DNA from: Caproicibacter sp.
Lineage (GTDB): Bacteria; Bacillota; Clostridia; Oscillospirales; Acutalibacteraceae
NCBI GenBank assembly: GCA_036844765.1
Contig: DAIUFE010000001.1
Span: 45,921-109,920, forward strand
Length of the DNA: 64,000 bases
Direction: 5' to 3'
The position numbers and the translations under genes are program-made. The notes below the pieces were generated by a model. It did no database searches, was not told where the DNA came from, and saw only the letters and a program-made list of their open reading frames with translations. Positions within the stretch are counted from its first letter, which is position 1. Each line of letters opens with the position of its first letter. This document shows, in pieces, positions 62,802-64,000 of the stretch.

Positions 62802-63518
62802 TCAGGCGACGTCGCTGCGGCGGAAAAGCGCCGCGCCCAGCGCCAGAAACACGGCGAAGGTCACAAAGCTGATCAGCACCGCCTGCCGCACGGCGTCCGG
62901 GGCGCCCGAGACGATCGGATGGACCTGGGAATAAAGCAGATAATCGTTGGCTTTCGGGATGTGCAGCAGAAGGAAAAGGTACCGGCTCAGGTAGATCGCG
63001 GCGTAATAGGCGAAGACCGCGAGGGCGCCGCGGTGCAGGAAAATCGTGAAGACCGCCGCCACCGCCACCGCGCCGACGTAGACCGAGCACAGGGCTGCGA
63101 AGCGGACGAAGAACTGCCGCACCAGCTCGCCGGTGAACTCCGGGCCGCGCGGCAGGAGCAGCAGCGAGCTCCCGCAGAAAACCCCCAGGACGGCCGCGGC
63201 CAGGAGCAGGCCCAGAAGGATCGACGTGACGGTTTTGGAGCCGTACAGCTCCGCGCGGTTCACGCCGAACGCGACGGTGTTCTTGAGCGTATGCTCCCGG
63301 TTCTCTTCGGTGAACACGATATCCGGCAGCATCGGGATCACCATGAGCGGGAACCCGAAAAGCTGGGCCTGGGCCATCCGCCACAGGTCCGCCGCCGTGG
63401 CGTGCCCCCGCGCCTGGAAAGTCAGCAGCAGGCAGATTCCGGCCAGCCCGGCGGCCAGAAGATACAGGTAAAACCGATGGAAGCTGCGGTACAGGTCCGC
63501 ACGGATCAGCTTAAGCAA
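62802..63518 (-). CDS. ABC-2-type (lantibiotic-immunity-like) exporter permease
   Basis: 238-aa, 6-TM ORF. The N-terminus MLKLIRADLYRSFHRFY is typical of this permease class. It overlaps the upstream ATPase by 8 nt. Confidence 0.75.
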   Translation of the reverse strand: MLKLIRADLYRSFHRFYLYLLAAGLAGICLLLTFQARGHATAADLWRMAQAQLFGFPLMVIPMLPDIVFTEENREHTLKNTVAFGVNRAELYGSKTVTSILLGLLLAAAVLGVFCGSSLLLLPRGPEFTGELVRQFFVRFAALCSVYVGAVAVAAVFTIFLHRGALAVFAYYAAIYLSRYLFLLLHIPKANDYLLYSQVHPIVSGAPDAVRQAVLISFVTFAVFLALGAALFRRSDVA

Positions 63519-64000
63519 CCTTTTTCCCTCCGATCAGATTGATGAAATACTGTTCCAGACTGATGCCGGAGCGGTAAAACTGCGAGATTCCCACGCCGTT
63601 TTCCACCAGAACCCGGACGAGCCGCTCCGGATCCCCGGGGTTCCCGTCCACCCGCAGCTCCGTCTCCCCGAGGACCTCCACCGCCGGGCAGCCGCACTGC
63701 TCCCGCAGGACGGCGGCCGCTTTTTCGGCGTTGTCCGCCTCGATGCGGAGGCAGCTGCGGCATCTTTCTTTCAGATCCGCCGCAGAAACGTGCTCCAGAA
63801 GGCGGCCGCCGCTGATGAATCCGTAGGCGGTCGCGATCTGGAAAAGCTCGCCGAGGATGTGGCTCGAGATCAGCACCGTGGTGCGCTTTTCGCGGTTCAG
63901 GCTCTGGAGGATTTCCCGGAACTCCCGGATGCCCACCGGGTCGAGGCCGTTGATCGGCTCGTCGAGGACCAGGATCTCGGGGCTGTTCATCACGGCCAGA
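63511..64000 (-). CDS. ABC transporter ATP-binding protein, C-terminal part (5' end beyond the window)
   Basis: The frame is open to the window edge. Walker B ILVLDEPINGLD and the H-loop block SSHIL are present. Confidence 0.85.
   Translation of the reverse strand, partial: LAVMNSPEILVLDEPINGLDPVGIREFREILQSLNREKRTTVLISSHILGELFQIATAYGFISGGRLLEHVSAADLKERCRSCLRIEADNAEKAAAVLREQCGCPAVEVLGETELRVDGNPGDPERLVRVLVENGVGISQFYRSGISLEQYFINLIGGKKVA

Noticed and set aside
1-64000. Search for CRISPR arrays, rRNA/tRNA genes, IS elements, toxin-antitoxin pairs or recognisable defence systems (RM, Abi, retron, CBASS-type genes).
   Set aside because: By eye there are no spaced direct repeats, no tRNA-like cloverleaf candidates in the intergenic regions, and no reverse transcriptase, nuclease, methylase or transposase signatures. 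Intergenic space is short and is explained by promoters, terminators and one riboswitch. tRNAscan/Infernal and defence-system HMM scans would be needed to make this definitive.

Overview
GC-rich, tightly packed chromosomal segment with Clostridia-type, endospore-former gene content (spoIIM, cwlD, fhs, rex, SCIFF peptide system). I support about 66 protein-coding genes. I saw no rRNA, tRNA, CRISPR array, transposase or phage genes. The left ~10.5 kb is a carbohydrate-utilisation locus: a NagB-like fragment, two Amidohydro_2 paralogs, a DegT-type aminotransferase, an AraC regulator, a GH36-like hydrolase and an LplABC-type ABC importer. The rest is mostly housekeeping: a MOP flippase, an erythrin-VIT1 iron transporter, Lrp plus aminotransferase, ispE, eda, upp, rpiB, tsaB/tsaE, fhs, an FtsW/RodA-family protein, ftsK, uppP, aconitase-TraX-IDH-rex, LemA/DUF2207, tmcAL, ackA, cwlD, radA, a MacA/MacB-like pair, ogt, two tyrosine recombinases, spoIIM, yajC-tgt-queA, asd-dapA-dapB, and three consecutive ABC exporter modules. 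The best hunt results are as follows. (1) A 48-aa six-cysteine peptide gene (SCIFF-type RiPP precursor), too short for the supplied ORF track, lies directly upstream of its radical SAM/SPASM maturase, with a hairpin between the two genes. (2) A lysine riboswitch precedes asd-dapA-dapB plus a stand-alone aspartokinase-like ACT protein. (3) A translationally coupled active/degenerate amidohydrolase pair plus a DegT aminotransferase sits in a catabolic sugar locus. (4) A perfect consensus promoter lies inside a terminator hairpin, followed by a 14-4-14 perfect palindrome and an orphan Shine-Dalgarno sequence, all antisense to ogt. (5) A nearly pure-AT island carries a perfect 19-bp palindrome upstream of the iron transporter gene. 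I cannot show that any of these is a truly undescribed multi-gene system. SCIFF is a described family of unknown function, and the other items are hypotheses that need searches or experiments. Many long ORFs in the track are antisense or out-of-frame artefacts of the high GC content and were not called.
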